Part shown: positions 1 to 13,700 of the stretch, one piece after another
How the letters are laid out: the number at the start of each line of letters is the position of its first letter
Position numbering within the stretch: position 1 is the first letter of the stretch
Source: Phoronis australis
Taxonomy: Eukaryota > Animalia > Phoronida
Direction: 5' to 3'
DNA: 64,000 bases
NCBI GenBank assembly: GCA_002633005.1
Contig: NMRA01000379.1
Coordinates: forward strand, 352,868-416,867
Position numbers and translations under genes: made by a program
The notes under the pieces: generated by a model
Seen by the model: the letters and a program-made list of their open reading frames with translations, nothing else
The model's database searches: none
What the model was told of the DNA's origin: nothing

Positions 1-99
1 CTGAGGCAGTTGGCCCCACGTTATGGACTTGTGGGCTTTCCAAAATCCACGAAGGTCGAGANATAAAAACATAAGCAACACAATGTACATTTAATCGTG

Positions 100-520
100 G
101 GTCTTCTATCGGAAACATTTGTCATTGCAGACTGGCTGAACACCTCATAGCAATGAACAGGTGGACAAAGTTGACCCCAGTGGTCTCTGGAGTCGCTTTT
201 TGGAATGGTGTTGTAAAAACAACACTATTTTCATTGTAGGGGTTAATTCCATAATCCTGATTGAGCCTTTCGTAGGGATTGCTGGACTGCTGATTGCGGC
301 TACTTTTGACATGAATAACGTGATTATTCAATACAAGGAAAAATGAATGAATTTGGCAAGGGAAAATGTGTTGGACTGTGATTCAACTTTTCGTAAGAGT
401 GACAGGTATCACAGAAGCTTGAATAAGCCCAAGCGGCCTACGAAATGTTCTTTAAAATTCTGAAATAAGTCTTGCAAAGCTTTACGGAACCGCTCGGAAC
501 CGGGTGTTTCATCTGCCTTG
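100..520 (-). mobile_element. Possible degenerate Ty3/Gypsy integrase fragment
   Basis: Frameshifted minus-strand peptides: HVKSSRNQQSSNPYERLNQ (like 'YHPQSNG..ER.NQ'), PETTGVNFVHLF (like 'TTG.SPF.L') and RRPLGLIQA. Recognised by eye only. Confidence 0.35.
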
Positions 521-2654
521 CTGGGGTGCAGCTGAAAACCCTCCCCCGTGAGAGTTTTAAGAATATTTCTTAATGTAACCTGCTCCTGACGACATGACGA
601 ATGGCATACAGTCGGCGATGGCACGAGCGTTATTACGGTGACGGGGTGTTGATGGCAGATCACATTCAAACTTTGACGGGGATATGCATTTCCGTCTCAA
701 TGCTTCGTACATACTCTGTAAGATATAAGGAATTAGATTAGAGTTAATGCCTTACCTTTCACCTACACGGAAGAGAATGAAACACGTTAAAATATGTAAC
801 TTTTTGATTCAGCGTTTGAAAATTATGACTCAAAATTTGAACAAATGTAACGAAAAACGATACTAGTTATGCATTTTAAAATTTTTCCAATTAAAAGAGA
901 TCTTGGATTTTTGCTACGAAGTGCTGTGACTGTTCAGACCCGTAGGAAGGTAAAAATTATGGTGGTGGGGACATAAACTAATTCGACTACGTTGAACTTT
1001 GTACCACCCACGTGGTCCTAAATTTCAGATTAATCTCTGTTGCTATCGTTTCCGTCTCGCCCCCGCCAATTTCGCGCACACTACAGACACGCTGCAATTC
1101 TCGAGTAGGCAGCCTCCAGAAACTTGGTTATTCATGCTTAAGCCATTAAATTCCATGAAAATTTTTATTTTGAACCTGTACACGTTAGTCACTAAACGTG
1201 TTTAGGATAAGATTTTGAATTTGTATTGTTTTATGAAATTCACGTTATGATGTTAAAACGACGCCCTGCCAAAAAAAATTTGAGGTGTATAAGAGAAACG
1301 CGAGGAACCCCAATCGCGGGCTACGATATCAGGTGACGATACGGAGAGAAATAACATCATCGCAGAATTTAGAACATGTAGACGGAACACTGTCTCACAA
1401 ACTCCGGTTATAGCTTCGTTTACTTTGCAGTGTGAAGATCCACTTCATAAGGCTTCAGTTTGGAGAAATTTCATTTTGTTTGGGTTATGCTTTGAAGACA
1501 CATTTTGAAAAGGGGCCGTTCGGGATCGAAGTACCTTAGGGTCGAAGTACCTTAGGGCTCCTTTGAAACTCCTTGTAGAATGGCTGCCTCTCCGGGGAAA
1601 AATGATATAAAACTGATGGAATTTCATCAGCTTACATCAAAGTTAAGAAAACACCAATTCTTTAGACTGTTATTTCACAACGTCAAAAATCGTCCAGTAT
1701 ACTTTGTTTTTGTCGGACAAATGATACAGATTCTCCCCAAGTTCAGCCTGTATCCATGTTCACTAAACTAAAGCATCATCATTTTTTACGAGATTAGTTT
1801 CCAACTATTGGAGAAAAATCAAAAAAATATATAACCAATATTTCTGAACATTTATCTTATGGTGGAGTGGTGAATATTATGTGGGTCACGGCTCTATAAA
1901 CGTGATACGCGCAGGATAGGTACGGAATACCATAAAACACGAATGAAAATTAAAGGGACGGACGAGAAAATCGCAGAAACGAACCCACTAGCTCCTCAAT
2001 AACTGCTGAATGCTCTGCCGCTGAGACAAATACCACGCATTAAATAGTATTTTAAGCGTATTTAAATGAGTTTTATTTCAGCAAATTTCCTTTATACAAT
2101 TGCGAATATTGGAGATTTGTTATAAAATCTCGAAATGAACTGATTTTATTGATTTACAGCTTAAATTTGGTCAAAGCTAATAACTTTAAGAAGTCTCTCG
2201 TTTTTCGGCAGTAAAAACGCTAATGTCCCTCTAAGGTACCAGATGGGTCTATCAAACTTGCATGCGTTAATTGCTACTTAATGCCAGATGAGTACCCGAT
2301 ACTAGGTAAGCACGGGCTAATTGCTTATGAGATGAAAACGGCAAACTGAATGAAACATCAAAACAAATCACCATGAATCCGTCAATTTTCGGAGATACAT
2401 AAACATGTTAATAAAAAAAAACAGTGATCTTGGTTGCTGGATGGTATTTTTCAAATCCGTACTTCATTGTGCTTGCAAATACATGACTGGCAACTGGGAG
2501 AGTAAGGGAGACGATGCATCCAACTAGGGTTTAGCCCTCTCCCCTTAAATGTTACACTCTTGCGACAGTCTATTACAGTTAATGGGATAAACTTCTACCC
2601 ACAGAATTGCAGAAATCTTTGTTAACGATTGCCAGTACATGAACTATGAGTACC

Positions 2655-2765
2655 TTCAAGTGATATTATGGGCGAGAAAAATTATTTTCTCAAATCAGTC
2701 CTTGTGCGGATTCGCACCGGGAAACTTTGCGTTCCCAGATAAACGCTCACGTGCTAAATAGTGGC
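2655..2765 (-). repeat. Degenerate tRNA-derived SINE-like head (other copies ~3598-3705 and ~9015-9130)
   Basis: B-box-like GGTGCGAATCC on the minus strand. A shared adjacent motif, aagtga(t/c)attat.gg.gaga.aaa, is present in all three copies. Confidence 0.35.
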
Positions 2766-4012
2766 CATGGATGCCGTCTACGGGCATCTTCCAAGGACAG
2801 ATGCCCCGAAATTGTAATAGAAGTTCAAAACAGGAAATGAGCACCCACTGATACTACTGGCTAGAATTAGGGGCCCTTCTGGGCCATCAAGTTCGCAATT
2901 GATGTTACATGTATACGCCGGCGACAGATGACTCTAATTATTCCTTGCTTTGCATCCCCTAAAAACTATTTTCCCGATTTTTGAAAATCTTAATTAATTT
3001 GTTCTAAAAATATGCGCATAAAACGTTCTCTACGGCCTTTTTGAAGTGTGTTGAATGGCAGCATGTTCTGAAATGCCTTTAGGCAATCTATTCTCTGAAT
3101 AAATGGGACGACACCCTAACAAAAATATCGTTACGTCTGGCGAGGCCCTCAAAGGGTAAATTCAGGACTGGTAAATGCTCTTTTTAATTGTTCCTCTTCT
3201 ACATAAAGTCCCTGGACCTACGCCTATGCCGGTCTTCACAAGTTTCACCCTAGCTGACGCCTGCAAATTATTGGGGGTCACGTGACCCCCGTATCCTAAG
3301 GCTCTTTTGTTCTCAGAAACCTTTGATGGTCTAGTTCTAGTCATCTGAATACAAACATAAAGCTGTTACTAAAAAGCTTATTTCTGCACTATTTCTGAGA
3401 TTTGAAAAAAAAACATGATATTCAGTCATAGTTTCATTCTCACATAAGAATTTTCATTGTGTTGTCATGCGCGAGCCCGGGGAGGGGGGGGGTNTACACT
3501 CTTGCGACAGTCTATTACAGTTAATGGGATAAACTTCTACCCAAAGAGTTGCAGAAATCTTTGTTAACGATTACCAGTACATGAACTATGAGTGCCTTCA
3601 AGTGATATTATGGGCGAGAAAAATTATTTTCTCAAATCAGACCCAATGCGGATTCGCACCGGGAAACTTTGCGTTCCCAGATAAACGCTCACGTGCTAAA
3701 TAGTGGCCATGGATGCCGTCTACGGGCATCTTCCAAGGACAGATGCCCCGAAATTGTAATAGAAGTTCAAAACAGGAAATGAGCACCCACTGATACTACT
3801 GGCTAGAATTAGGGGCCCCTCTCGGCCATCAAGTTCCCAATTGATGTTACATGTATACGCCGGCGACAGATGACTATAATTATTCTTTGCTTTGCATCCC
3901 CTTAAAACTATTTTCCCGATTTTTGAAAATCTTAATTAATTTGTTCTAAAAATATGCGCATAAAACGTTCTCTACGGCCTTTTTGAAGTGTGTTGAATGC
4001 CAGAATGTTCTG

Positions 4013-4585
4013 TGTCACGTTTTTCTCCGTGTGTGGGTGGGCGCAGGTTGTTACAGACCGGTGCTAATAGCGATTCAATAACCTGCTGTCTCTATAGCTG
4101 GCTCTCTATTGACTGTCGCTGTAACTGCTGATTCTCTTCACTGCAACTCAACTGTAATCTCCTGATTAACTTTCTTGAACTGACTTAATCTCCCGACTTG
4201 ATCTTCTTGGACTCAACTGACTAACACAAACCCGTGCTTGTGTATTTATAGCCTAATGCATTGTTCTAGAAATTTTCATCAATTCAAGCACATACCAGAA
4301 CTTTCTGGAACCCACCCAATCATTCTACAAACATGTACTAGTCTCTAGAATATTCCAGACTGCATTAATCACTGTCATGCTAGAGTCTTCTAGAAAGTTC
4401 CACACTATACTGTAGTAAACAAATTACATCATCACTGTTCTGACCTCAGTCTTCTAGAAAGTTCCACACTATTTTGTAGTAAACAAATTACATCATCACT
4501 GTACTTAACTCAGGAGTCATGCCAATCAAACAGAACAACAAAACAAAACAATACAGTAAAAATACTGTCAAACCATATTCTGACA
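4013..4585 (-). mobile_element. Solo LTR, 573 bp, 5-bp TSD
   Basis: TGTCA...TGACA termini flanked by TTCTG (4008-4012 and 4586-4590). The empty site with a single TTCTG is at ~3066-3070. TATAAA lies on the minus strand near 4246-4251. Confidence 0.88.
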
Positions 4586-7206
4586 TTCTGAAACGCCTTT
4601 AGACAATCTATTCTCTGAAAAAATGGGACGACACCCTAACAAAAATATCGTTACGTCTGGCGAGGCCCTCAAAGGGTAAATTCAGGACTGGTAAATGCTC
4701 TGTTTAATTATTCCTCTTCTACATATAGTCCCTGGCCCTACGCCTATGCCGGTCTTCACAACTAGTTTCACCCTAGCTGACGCCTGCAAATTACTGGGGG
4801 TCACGTGACCCCCGTATCCTAAGGCTCTTTTGTTCTCAGAAACCTTTCATGGTCTAGTTCTAGTCATCAGAATACAAGCATAAAGCTGTTACTAAAAAGA
4901 TTATTTCTGTACTATTTTTGAGATTTGAAAAAAACACGATATTCAGTTATAGTTTCATTCTCACATAAGAATTTTCATAGTGTTGTCGTGCGCGAGCCCG
5001 GGGGGGGGGTTGGGGGCTCCAACGGACACCCCATTTAGCGAAGTGGATCAGTCCACCTCAGAGAAACAAAAACTCCAAAAAAGTAGAAAACGAGACAAAA
5101 GTCCACTAAAAAGGCAGGAACTACCAAAATTCGGCGAATGCCCAAGCGTGTTGCCAACACTAGCGTGAAATAATGAACTGAGATAAACACGACAGTCATC
5201 ACATGCAAGTTTTGGTCATTTCTTCACAATCTGTGCACGTGTTAGCACAGTGTTACTACATGAGAAAATACCAGAAAGTAAGTTCTGTAAACTAATGAAC
5301 TCATGTTCGAGAGCAGCAGCATTATGAGTTTTTGTCATCAATTTTCACGGTATCCCGGAGGCAAACCCAATATGGTTACCTGGCCTATTGTTTCATTACG
5401 TGCTACACCTTGTTTGTCAACCATTAGATATCACAACACTAAACATTAGGTGCTAAACTAGGTTTCCCAACTCCCAACGGTTTTTGGACTCATCCTGCTT
5501 TCTTTAGAGTCAACAACCATTCAAGAGCAGTGGTAAAGAGTGAATAACAAAGATGGGATAAAAACGAAAACTGCATTTTTTTCATTTCTTTCGTAAAATT
5601 GAAGACTCAACGACTAACCTAGGAGTAGTCCTAGGACCAACTAAACACAATTGAAATCCAAAATACAAAGTTGAATTGTAGCACCCTCGATAATGAATTA
5701 GTCTAGAGGGCTATTGAACAACATATTTATCTGGAGTTAGTCTAGAGGGCCATTGAACAATACATTTACCTGCAATTTCTGATACTGTCGGCCTTTTTCT
5801 CGTAATTTTTCACAGGATTCATTCAATTTCTTCTCCTTCTCTTCAAGGTTTTTCTTTGTACCTAAATGTAACCATAGTCCACTTTTGTATCATTTTTATC
5901 TCTGGAAGAATCAAATCGAGGAAGTACATTAATCTGCGAATTACGTTTTACTTTATTGACAACGACTACAATCTTGCAGTAACAGAAGACAAAAAGTTGA
6001 AAAAATACAAAATAAAACAACAACTAGTATAAAACTGCACAAGATAACAATTAAATAAAATTTGTCTGATACTAAATCAACTTACTGGCCAGTTGAGACT
6101 TTAGTGCTGATTTAATGTAAGGAAAATTGCGACAGACATCGACGTAAAATACGATTAAAAACACTAAATTAAATTGTTGTGCCGTCAGTCAATATGAAGA
6201 AAGAAACGAAATAACGGCTCATTATAGAGAATCCTGTACAAGTCTCAGGTTTATGGCATAGGCATAACTCCTAGTTTCGGCAAAAATCCCGAGACTTGCC
6301 CAGGGATTTTGACGCAATTCTGTTTTCTCACATGAACTGTAAAAACGATCTTTTTGCCGAAAACATGTCTAAAACTCTCAACCACATTATCTAACTTTTG
6401 TAAAAACACACTTACGCAATGTAAAGTAAAGTCAGTTACTTTTATTTTTATTTTTATTTTAAGCTTAACTGTTGTAAACTGCATTTAGCTTTCGTTACAA
6501 ACGTTCAAGTTAGAATCTAAAAATACTCTTTGAAGTTGTAACATAAAAACTCAACAAATGTTTATAAATGACACAATCAGCAGTGCTTCCAGGCACGTCC
6601 CCAAGCCTCAAGATGGCGTTGATCGGTTTAGCCATTCGAGGCTTGGTTACGGGAATTACCTTCTGCGCAATGATTGGCCTTGACGAAAGGTAGCACTGTG
6701 GAATGTTGTTTATCATGACTTTTCATTCGTTAAAGTAATAAAACCGAAGTCATAACATTCAGTCATTCCCATCGGTTGAAATCAGTTTACGTAGTATGGC
6801 GACCACCTTTGACTTGAATAGTTGCAATTTATTAAAACAGGCAGTGATCTAAGTAAACAAAATCAATAGGAAACCCCGATCCCGTGGCTAAGCCCAAACA
6901 AGTCCAGTGCATAGAAAGCGTGTGCAAGTGGTGGCGATGTGATCGATAAACTTCTGACCAAGCATTCGCTTTGATGCCCACACACGGAATTCCATGTTTC
7001 CACAGGGCCACTTTTCAGTATAGGTGGCGCTGTGTTAACCTTGAGAGAGGTATTTGTGACGACAACAACGTGGCAAACCATGATCGGCCATTTTCAGGAT
7101 CGATTCGATGTCCCATGCCACGGCGACTTTTTGTACTTCTGGGCATTCGCATTAGGAATGTGTTACCGAAAAGTGACAAATTTGGGGAGATTTTTCAAGT
7201 CATTTG

Positions 7207-7363
7207 CAGTGGCGGATTTAGAGGGGGGCCAAGGGGGCCATGCCCCCCCTAAAATTCTCCCAGTTTACATTTGTCAGATGGGGGATGCGAATGTCTGACG
7301 GGCAAAACTCCTGGCTAAAACTCTGCCATGCCCCCCTAACTCAAAATCCTGGATCCGCCCCTG
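7207..7363. mobile_element. Short MITE with CAGTGGCGGAT...ATCCGCCCCTG termini
   Basis: Terminal inverted repeats with ATTTG on both flanks. A homologous copy is at 51030-51191, and a related left end at 19683 runs into the gap. Confidence 0.8.
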
Positions 7364-8299
7364 ATTTGCATCGGATTTTACAGTGTTCTATGTTTGTTGA
7401 CGCATGACAAGGGACGTATCTCTTAGAGACGACTTCAGAGGATACTGTTGATCTCGGCCTGTACGCGCCCTATAACTTGATCATAATATTGCTCCATCTG
7501 CGTTATCCGTTCTTTAAATTTGTTCGATGAATGTTCGTAGTATACGGTTTTTTGGTGAACCTAGAGAATGGAAATTAGGTTATTAAATCTCGGGCAAAAA
7601 GACGGGTGCTGAAGAGTTTCTGCAGCGTTTAAGAAATTGTTACAGTAAGTTTACGAGACAGTTGAGATACTGAACAACTAAAGCTGCATCCAGCACGCTT
7701 CTTTCCAGAATCGTGAACTCGGTTTTGCCTAATACAAAGACCTTTATTACAGATAATTGCCAACACACAAACATTGCCAGCACTTTTATCGACTCTTTTT
7801 GAATTTGGGGCTTACTATCAAGTAAACGGCTGTAGAAATGACTGCGGTAGCACGATAAATCCGCGCATTTTCATATTGTACCCTTTTCCCAGAACAACAG
7901 TACAGCTGTATACCACTTATTCTTACAACGCACAAAAATTCAGCGGTTTGCGTTTGGTAAACTCATTTGCAGCATGGCATGAAGGCTTATGGAGCGAAAA
8001 CCATTAATATTCTCCAGTGATTCAACATTACAGCCTCGCCGACCAATCAGCCAGCTGTCTGTCGTCCTACTGTCTAGCTTATGCTAATAAGGTTTCGAAT
8101 CGGAGTGTACTCGTGAAAACTCGCCTTTCACTTCCCTGGTTTTGCGTGATCTCGCTTTTGTCGCATGTAACCAGCTCAACTGACGGACCGCACCTCTGGA
8201 TTCGTGTGCGAGTGGATAGAGTTGTTAAGCGCAAGCTTGGTCAGTTTCAATGAGTGAGTGGCGGATAAATCGTAATAGACAGAAGAACCGAGTTTAACA

Positions 8300-10740
8300 A
8301 TTCTTTCTATTAAGTGCATTAACATAAATAACAGTACTTTTAAAAAATAACAGTACTTTTAAAGAATAAAGTCTTTCACAAATGTTGGAGATAAAACACC
8401 AAACCTGATAATTCCAGAATGCAAGAGCTCTTGAGCAAATTTCCATGATGTTTTCTGGTTTTTGACCAGCAAGAACCATCTGCGTGAAACAATAATGCAA
8501 AGATTTATTAACGTATCTTAAAACAGGACCAATCTCTTGACCTAAAGAGGAATCCACGAAATAGGTTGACTAATTACTCGAGACGACTCTCCATTTCGAC
8601 AAATGATTTCTTCATATCAAATGTTGACTGCCGTTGGTATGAAAGGGTCAATTCTGGACTGACTGGTCAATCCTGTCAAGAGAGGCCTTGTTGTACTAGC
8701 GCAGAATGATCTTTTTTAGGATAGAGGACATTTTTCCATTTCATGGAAAGTTGGATGCAGATTTCAAATTGAAGCCCGTTCAGAAACCCTAGAACCTCGC
8801 TAAAAAGCAGGACTTAGCGGGATTGCGTGTGATTTTGCCGTGTATTTTGAATGAGAACACGTAAGTTTGGTTACATTTTAGCTAAGTCCTAGCAGAGGAC
8901 CTAGCATTACTGAACGCACGCCTTGTTTATGTTTTGTCATTCAAGTAGTGAGCAAGAGGGAATATTTCAAGAATAAAAATAGTCTTTGTGGAGGCAATCA
9001 CGTTATCATTAAGTTTAAAGTGACATTATCGGAGAGATAAACTTTTTGTGAGATCAAGCCATGCCTGTAATTGAACTTGAAACTCTTGTACCGCAGCTAA
9101 AAGCTTAGCTGTTGTAACTAAATCCCATTCACAATATAGCCGAATAAATATTAAATAATTAGTACACATAGTTCCATTTAAGTTGCCCAAAATTTGTGCA
9201 TATGTACTTATAAAATCATTTGGTCAAACTTGTTAGATATATTTTGACGTCTATTTTTAGGTGATGTTTACCTCCTTGGTTCTAGGGTCAATGCACTCTA
9301 AAGATTCTTGAATTTTCTGAGATCAGATCGTAACAGCTAATGATATTAGATAAGGTCACATGTTTTTTTATTAGCCAATCGTTAAATAAGCACATTATTA
9401 GAATTTGGGCAGAAGTCTGGAAAATACTCAGATGGGATTTAGTAGTTGAGCCATATCATGGAAGGTTCTAAAGAGGGTCTTGGCAATGGCAAGGGTTAAC
9501 GAACAGGAAATTAATTAAGTGCTTGTCACTTGCATCGTGGGTAGTAAGATACATTTGTCTCACACGTTTATCAAAGTTAAATTCTGATTGGCTAGAACTA
9601 TTAGCTTGATCGTCATGACGGAACAAAATATGGAACACTGAATATGGATCGTGTATTATGAAAGTTTATCTGTAGATAGACGATGTACTACTATCGTCAG
9701 GTGTTACATGGAGGACACATTATTGCACCATTATCATCATCTTGGCAATTGTCATTGTAATAACTATGCAAGATTAAAGTATGGTATTGATTCATCGTGT
9801 TTGAAGAAACATTGAATCTTTCAGATAATAATGAAAAAGTAGCCACCTAAATTATGACAGCCACGGCCACACATACAAATACTTACCGATTTATACTGTT
9901 CACTAGGAGAAATCTCTGCGCGTACAATGTCAAATTTTCCCGGTAGACTGGTGTTACCTAAAACATATTGGTCAATACAAAACGTATTACCGTATATGTA
10001 TTCCAAACCACTTTCTCGCTTAGTTCCCCATATAAGTGACAGGAGGCAATCTGGTGTGCTGATGAATGTCACAAAACTCTAGTAAATTGTCCAACTTGGT
10101 TAACTTTAAATGTTTTCTGTGTTTTTGATCTGTTAATCCATCCTCACACGTGTTCATAGGCACACAAAGATCTATTGTGGAAATTCTAAATAATTTACTT
10201 CATCTTAGATTGAAAGTCATGTGTTTTGGAGACTTCTTTTGTCTTCCCCCGTTTACCCACGATGTGACTAGCCACTACAAATGATATCGATAAAGAGAGA
10301 TTCATATACATTGTAAATTATTTCGATAAATAAAGCAATGGTAATTAGCATTCATGTACCTGACTCCTGGATTTTCTTCGAGGAGCATATCTATGATCCG
10401 TGCCCAGAGGAATCTTTCAGTGATTCGTGTCCATATTAAGGCTCATACCTCGCCAGCTAGAGCAATTTTTCGAGATAAATGGTCGTTCAGAAAACGCTGC
10501 AACACGTACGTTATTGTACATGGACGTGTTTAGAGACAAATACTCACTAAGCGATAATATCACTAAGGGCTCGATACTACAGAACGACAAGATGCCAAAA
10601 TACTCACAAGCCGGACAGGTGAATGATTTTTTAAATTCCCGCGTCCCATCTTCATCACAGAAAATGTCTGTCAGTTTGTTACGAAAAATAATGCGTGTGA
10701 CCAACAAGAACCGAGTCAAATGGACATAGAAGTGCGCAGA
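8300..10740 (+). pseudogene. Possible heavily decayed Toll-like receptor (LRR-TM-TIR) remnant
   Basis: Broken LRR-like strings (RRLSISTNDF, LVVLAQNDL, LKILEFS, LELLA*S.*RNKI), a post-TM-like YK*YR*REI and EEHIYD, then a TIR-like ORF at 10427-10729 (LIPRQLE...RDKYSLSDNI...LRKIM...VKWT). Many stops and frameshifts. Confidence 0.35.
8774..8922. mobile_element. ~150-bp MITE, copy 1
   Basis: Homologous to 14637-14790 and to a partial copy at 61755-61842. Inverted ends cgttcag..ctag / ctagc..ctgaacg. Confidence 0.75.
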
Positions 10741-10759
10741 TGAATATGTTTGTGCATGG

Positions 10760-13700
10760 CAGGCTTTCAAGCAGTTTTAAGCAAAAATGTAGGAAAAAGA
10801 TAGGACACATTTTCAAAAAAGTAGGAAAAAGTAGTAACTGTGACGTGAAAAGTAAGAAAAAGTAGGAACAAGAGCAGGTTTTCAGTAGTTTTCATCGATA
10901 TTTACCAATGACATTTACCCACGTCACAGGCAGTACTTGCCATTAGTTGGATAACCAGCAGGACTTCATTCACACTTTTAAGTGCAAAAGGTTTGACTGC
11001 GTAATTTTAATTATACATCACCTATCATTGAACGAAAGGGGTGACTGAAGTTGCCCAGTCCTGGGCTTGGTCCCTGGGGGGAGGGTCCAAAAAGGACTCA
11101 ATAATCCATTTGATTTAAACTCCCGAGTTCAACATCCGTTTCAAGTTTAGTTCATTCAAATCACCACTCAAATTAAAATGGTACAACTTAGCACGTGAAA
11201 ATGCCTGGGCAATTAAATAAGACACCTGCTAATCATAACCATCTATCGATTTATTCAAACTTTTGAGTGCATCAAAAAATTTTCCAAAAGAAAGGTTAGT
11301 AACTCTAGACACCATATCCACAACTTAAGAAGCCATTTTCAGGGTGTTTTGTAGATAAGACGGGGGTTTTTGGACCCCAAAGGATAGACCCTCAAAAATG
11401 AACTAATAAAAGAGGAAATACGAAATTTCTTATTATCACTATGAATAAAAATTATTTCAAGTGATGCAAAAATACAACTGATGATACGAAAAAATCTTGT
11501 GTTATTGATCAAAACTCTTATTAATTCCATTATTTCTTGAAACTTAAGTGCAACATTTTTTTTCTAAAAGATAGTTTAAGTAACTCTAGACACAACATCC
11601 ACAGTTAGCAGATCAGACGGGGATCACTAATCCCCAAAAATGAACTTGTATAAAAGAGGAAAGACGACAATTTTGATTACTACGGATAAAAATAATATTT
11701 CAAATAAAGTAAAACACATCTGAAGGTATTACCAATTTATTCTCAAATACAACAAAAATGAAACAAAAAATTTGTCAAAAACATCTGGGGTAATTAAATA
11801 AGATGGCTTCAAATCAAAGCTGAGCTGCTTGAACCATATCTAGTGGCAAGAAATGAAAGTACATGGGATTGTGTTGCATGACACAGTCTATTTTTCATAC
11901 GATAAAACCGAAATCCAAAAGGCATTGATAATTATTCACTCTGCTGTAACTTGACTGCAAACATCAAAGTCGTGATCATCGTCACTCTCTTCATCAGATG
12001 ATTCAATTTCTCTTGATAGAGGATCATGTCTTCATCACTGTCCATATCATCATCTCTCTTAGCATCGCCATCATTGCCATCTGGCTTTGTTTCAACTTGA
12101 ACCTCTGGAATGAGTGCAGGTGGGCGTCTGTTCTCCACTGAACCAAATGATGCGAGTGTTTTGTCCAAGATTTGGAGATGAGCGCTACCCCCATAGTTTA
12201 GCAATAAATTCATTCGCTTCTATCCACGTAAAGTACTAGTTCAGCTTCACACGGTGGAATACTGCTGCCCTCGATGCTTTTAAGCTTCTCAAATGGTTGC
12301 TTAGCGTTGACGTTCGTTTGTACGTTTTGACGACCACATTGAACCGGTGCTTGTCGAGTCTTGCAAGATTTTGATGACTACTTCTTTTGGGATATTGCGA
12401 ATCAGTGAGGGAAATGCTCTCTGAAACTTACTTTCTGTCACGATTGCATACGGTCTTAATTCTCTTTCCTTACAAATGCACGGGAACAGTCACATCCAGT
12501 GAGCACGTGTAGGCCTAGGAGTGCAACACACATAGCAATCTTAAACACAGATCCTCTTGTCCTTTAGCCCCACCCTCCATCCACACCATGGATGCAACTC
12601 AATGGATATGGTGCAGGAGCAACACTAGAATGTCATTGTCAGAAACTCTTATGATGATGTCGTCAGGTGTGGACATGTCCGCCTCAATGATATGAATGAT
12701 TACACTGGTCTTGGCTTCCAAGTGATCACAGCTTCAGGATGGAACTGCGCATACTTCTCTATCTTCAACGAAGTACCGAGTGAACTCTCCCATCACCGCC
12801 AAATACATTTCAGTTCCATCTATAAGTGGAAGTTGCTTGACCAATGCTTAGTGAGAAAGGCAGGTAGCTTTCATTTCAACGACTCCCTATAGAGTTGTTT
12901 CAAGTCTCTTTTCTGTTCAAATCCGTCTATAACAAGTTCCCCTCCTACAATAAAGTGTTATTGTGCCTCGGGGTACAAACCCCTGGAAAACTGCGTCTTA
13001 AGTTGTGGTTATGGTGTCCAAGGTTGCTAAATTATCTTTTGGGAAAAGAATTTTTGTTGCACTTAAATGTTTGAAGAGGAACTTGCACGCAAATTCCTTA
13101 TCTTTGTGATTGCTTGGTGAAATTAGTTAGAAACACAACACATAGCAACAATGTGAATATGAAGTACGTTGAAAATTGCCACAAGCTTTTGAGAATGAGT
13201 TTTATGTCTCGTGTCCAGTAAGTATCGTGACGTAGTTTTGGGGAATAACACTGCATGATGTGGGCTATGTGAGCCTCCAAGGTACATCACTAGTGCAAAG
13301 GTCGTTTTCACATTTACAAGTTGACAGTGAATACAACTTGCACTTTGTTTAACGTAGATGATGTTCAAATAACATTGTCATTTAGTTCTTGTTATACATT
13401 AGCACAGATCGGAGCATGCAAATACATCTTTAAATAGATCGTTTATTGATCATTAATTAATAAGTGTCTTAATTAATAACACCAGGAATTTTTGTGTCTT
13501 AACTTGTATTTTTGTTCATTTCAAATAATGTTTTATCCATAGCAGAAAAAATGCAGTGTTTCTTCTTTTTTACAAGTTCATTTTTGGGAGTCTTATTATC
13601 CCTCAGGGTCCAAACACCCCCATCTTATCCGCTAACTTCAGGAATAATGGTGCCTTAAGTTGTGGATATGGAGTTCAGAGTTACTAAACTATTTTTTGGA

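Larger units (their letters stand above)
2553..5010. repeat. Near-identical tandem duplication (2553-3493 and 3495-~5010) joined at a single N
   Basis: About 940 bp are repeated with scattered substitutions. The junction is the N at 3494, and the second copy carries an extra 573-bp insert. Probably two haplotypes assembled in tandem. Confidence 0.9.
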
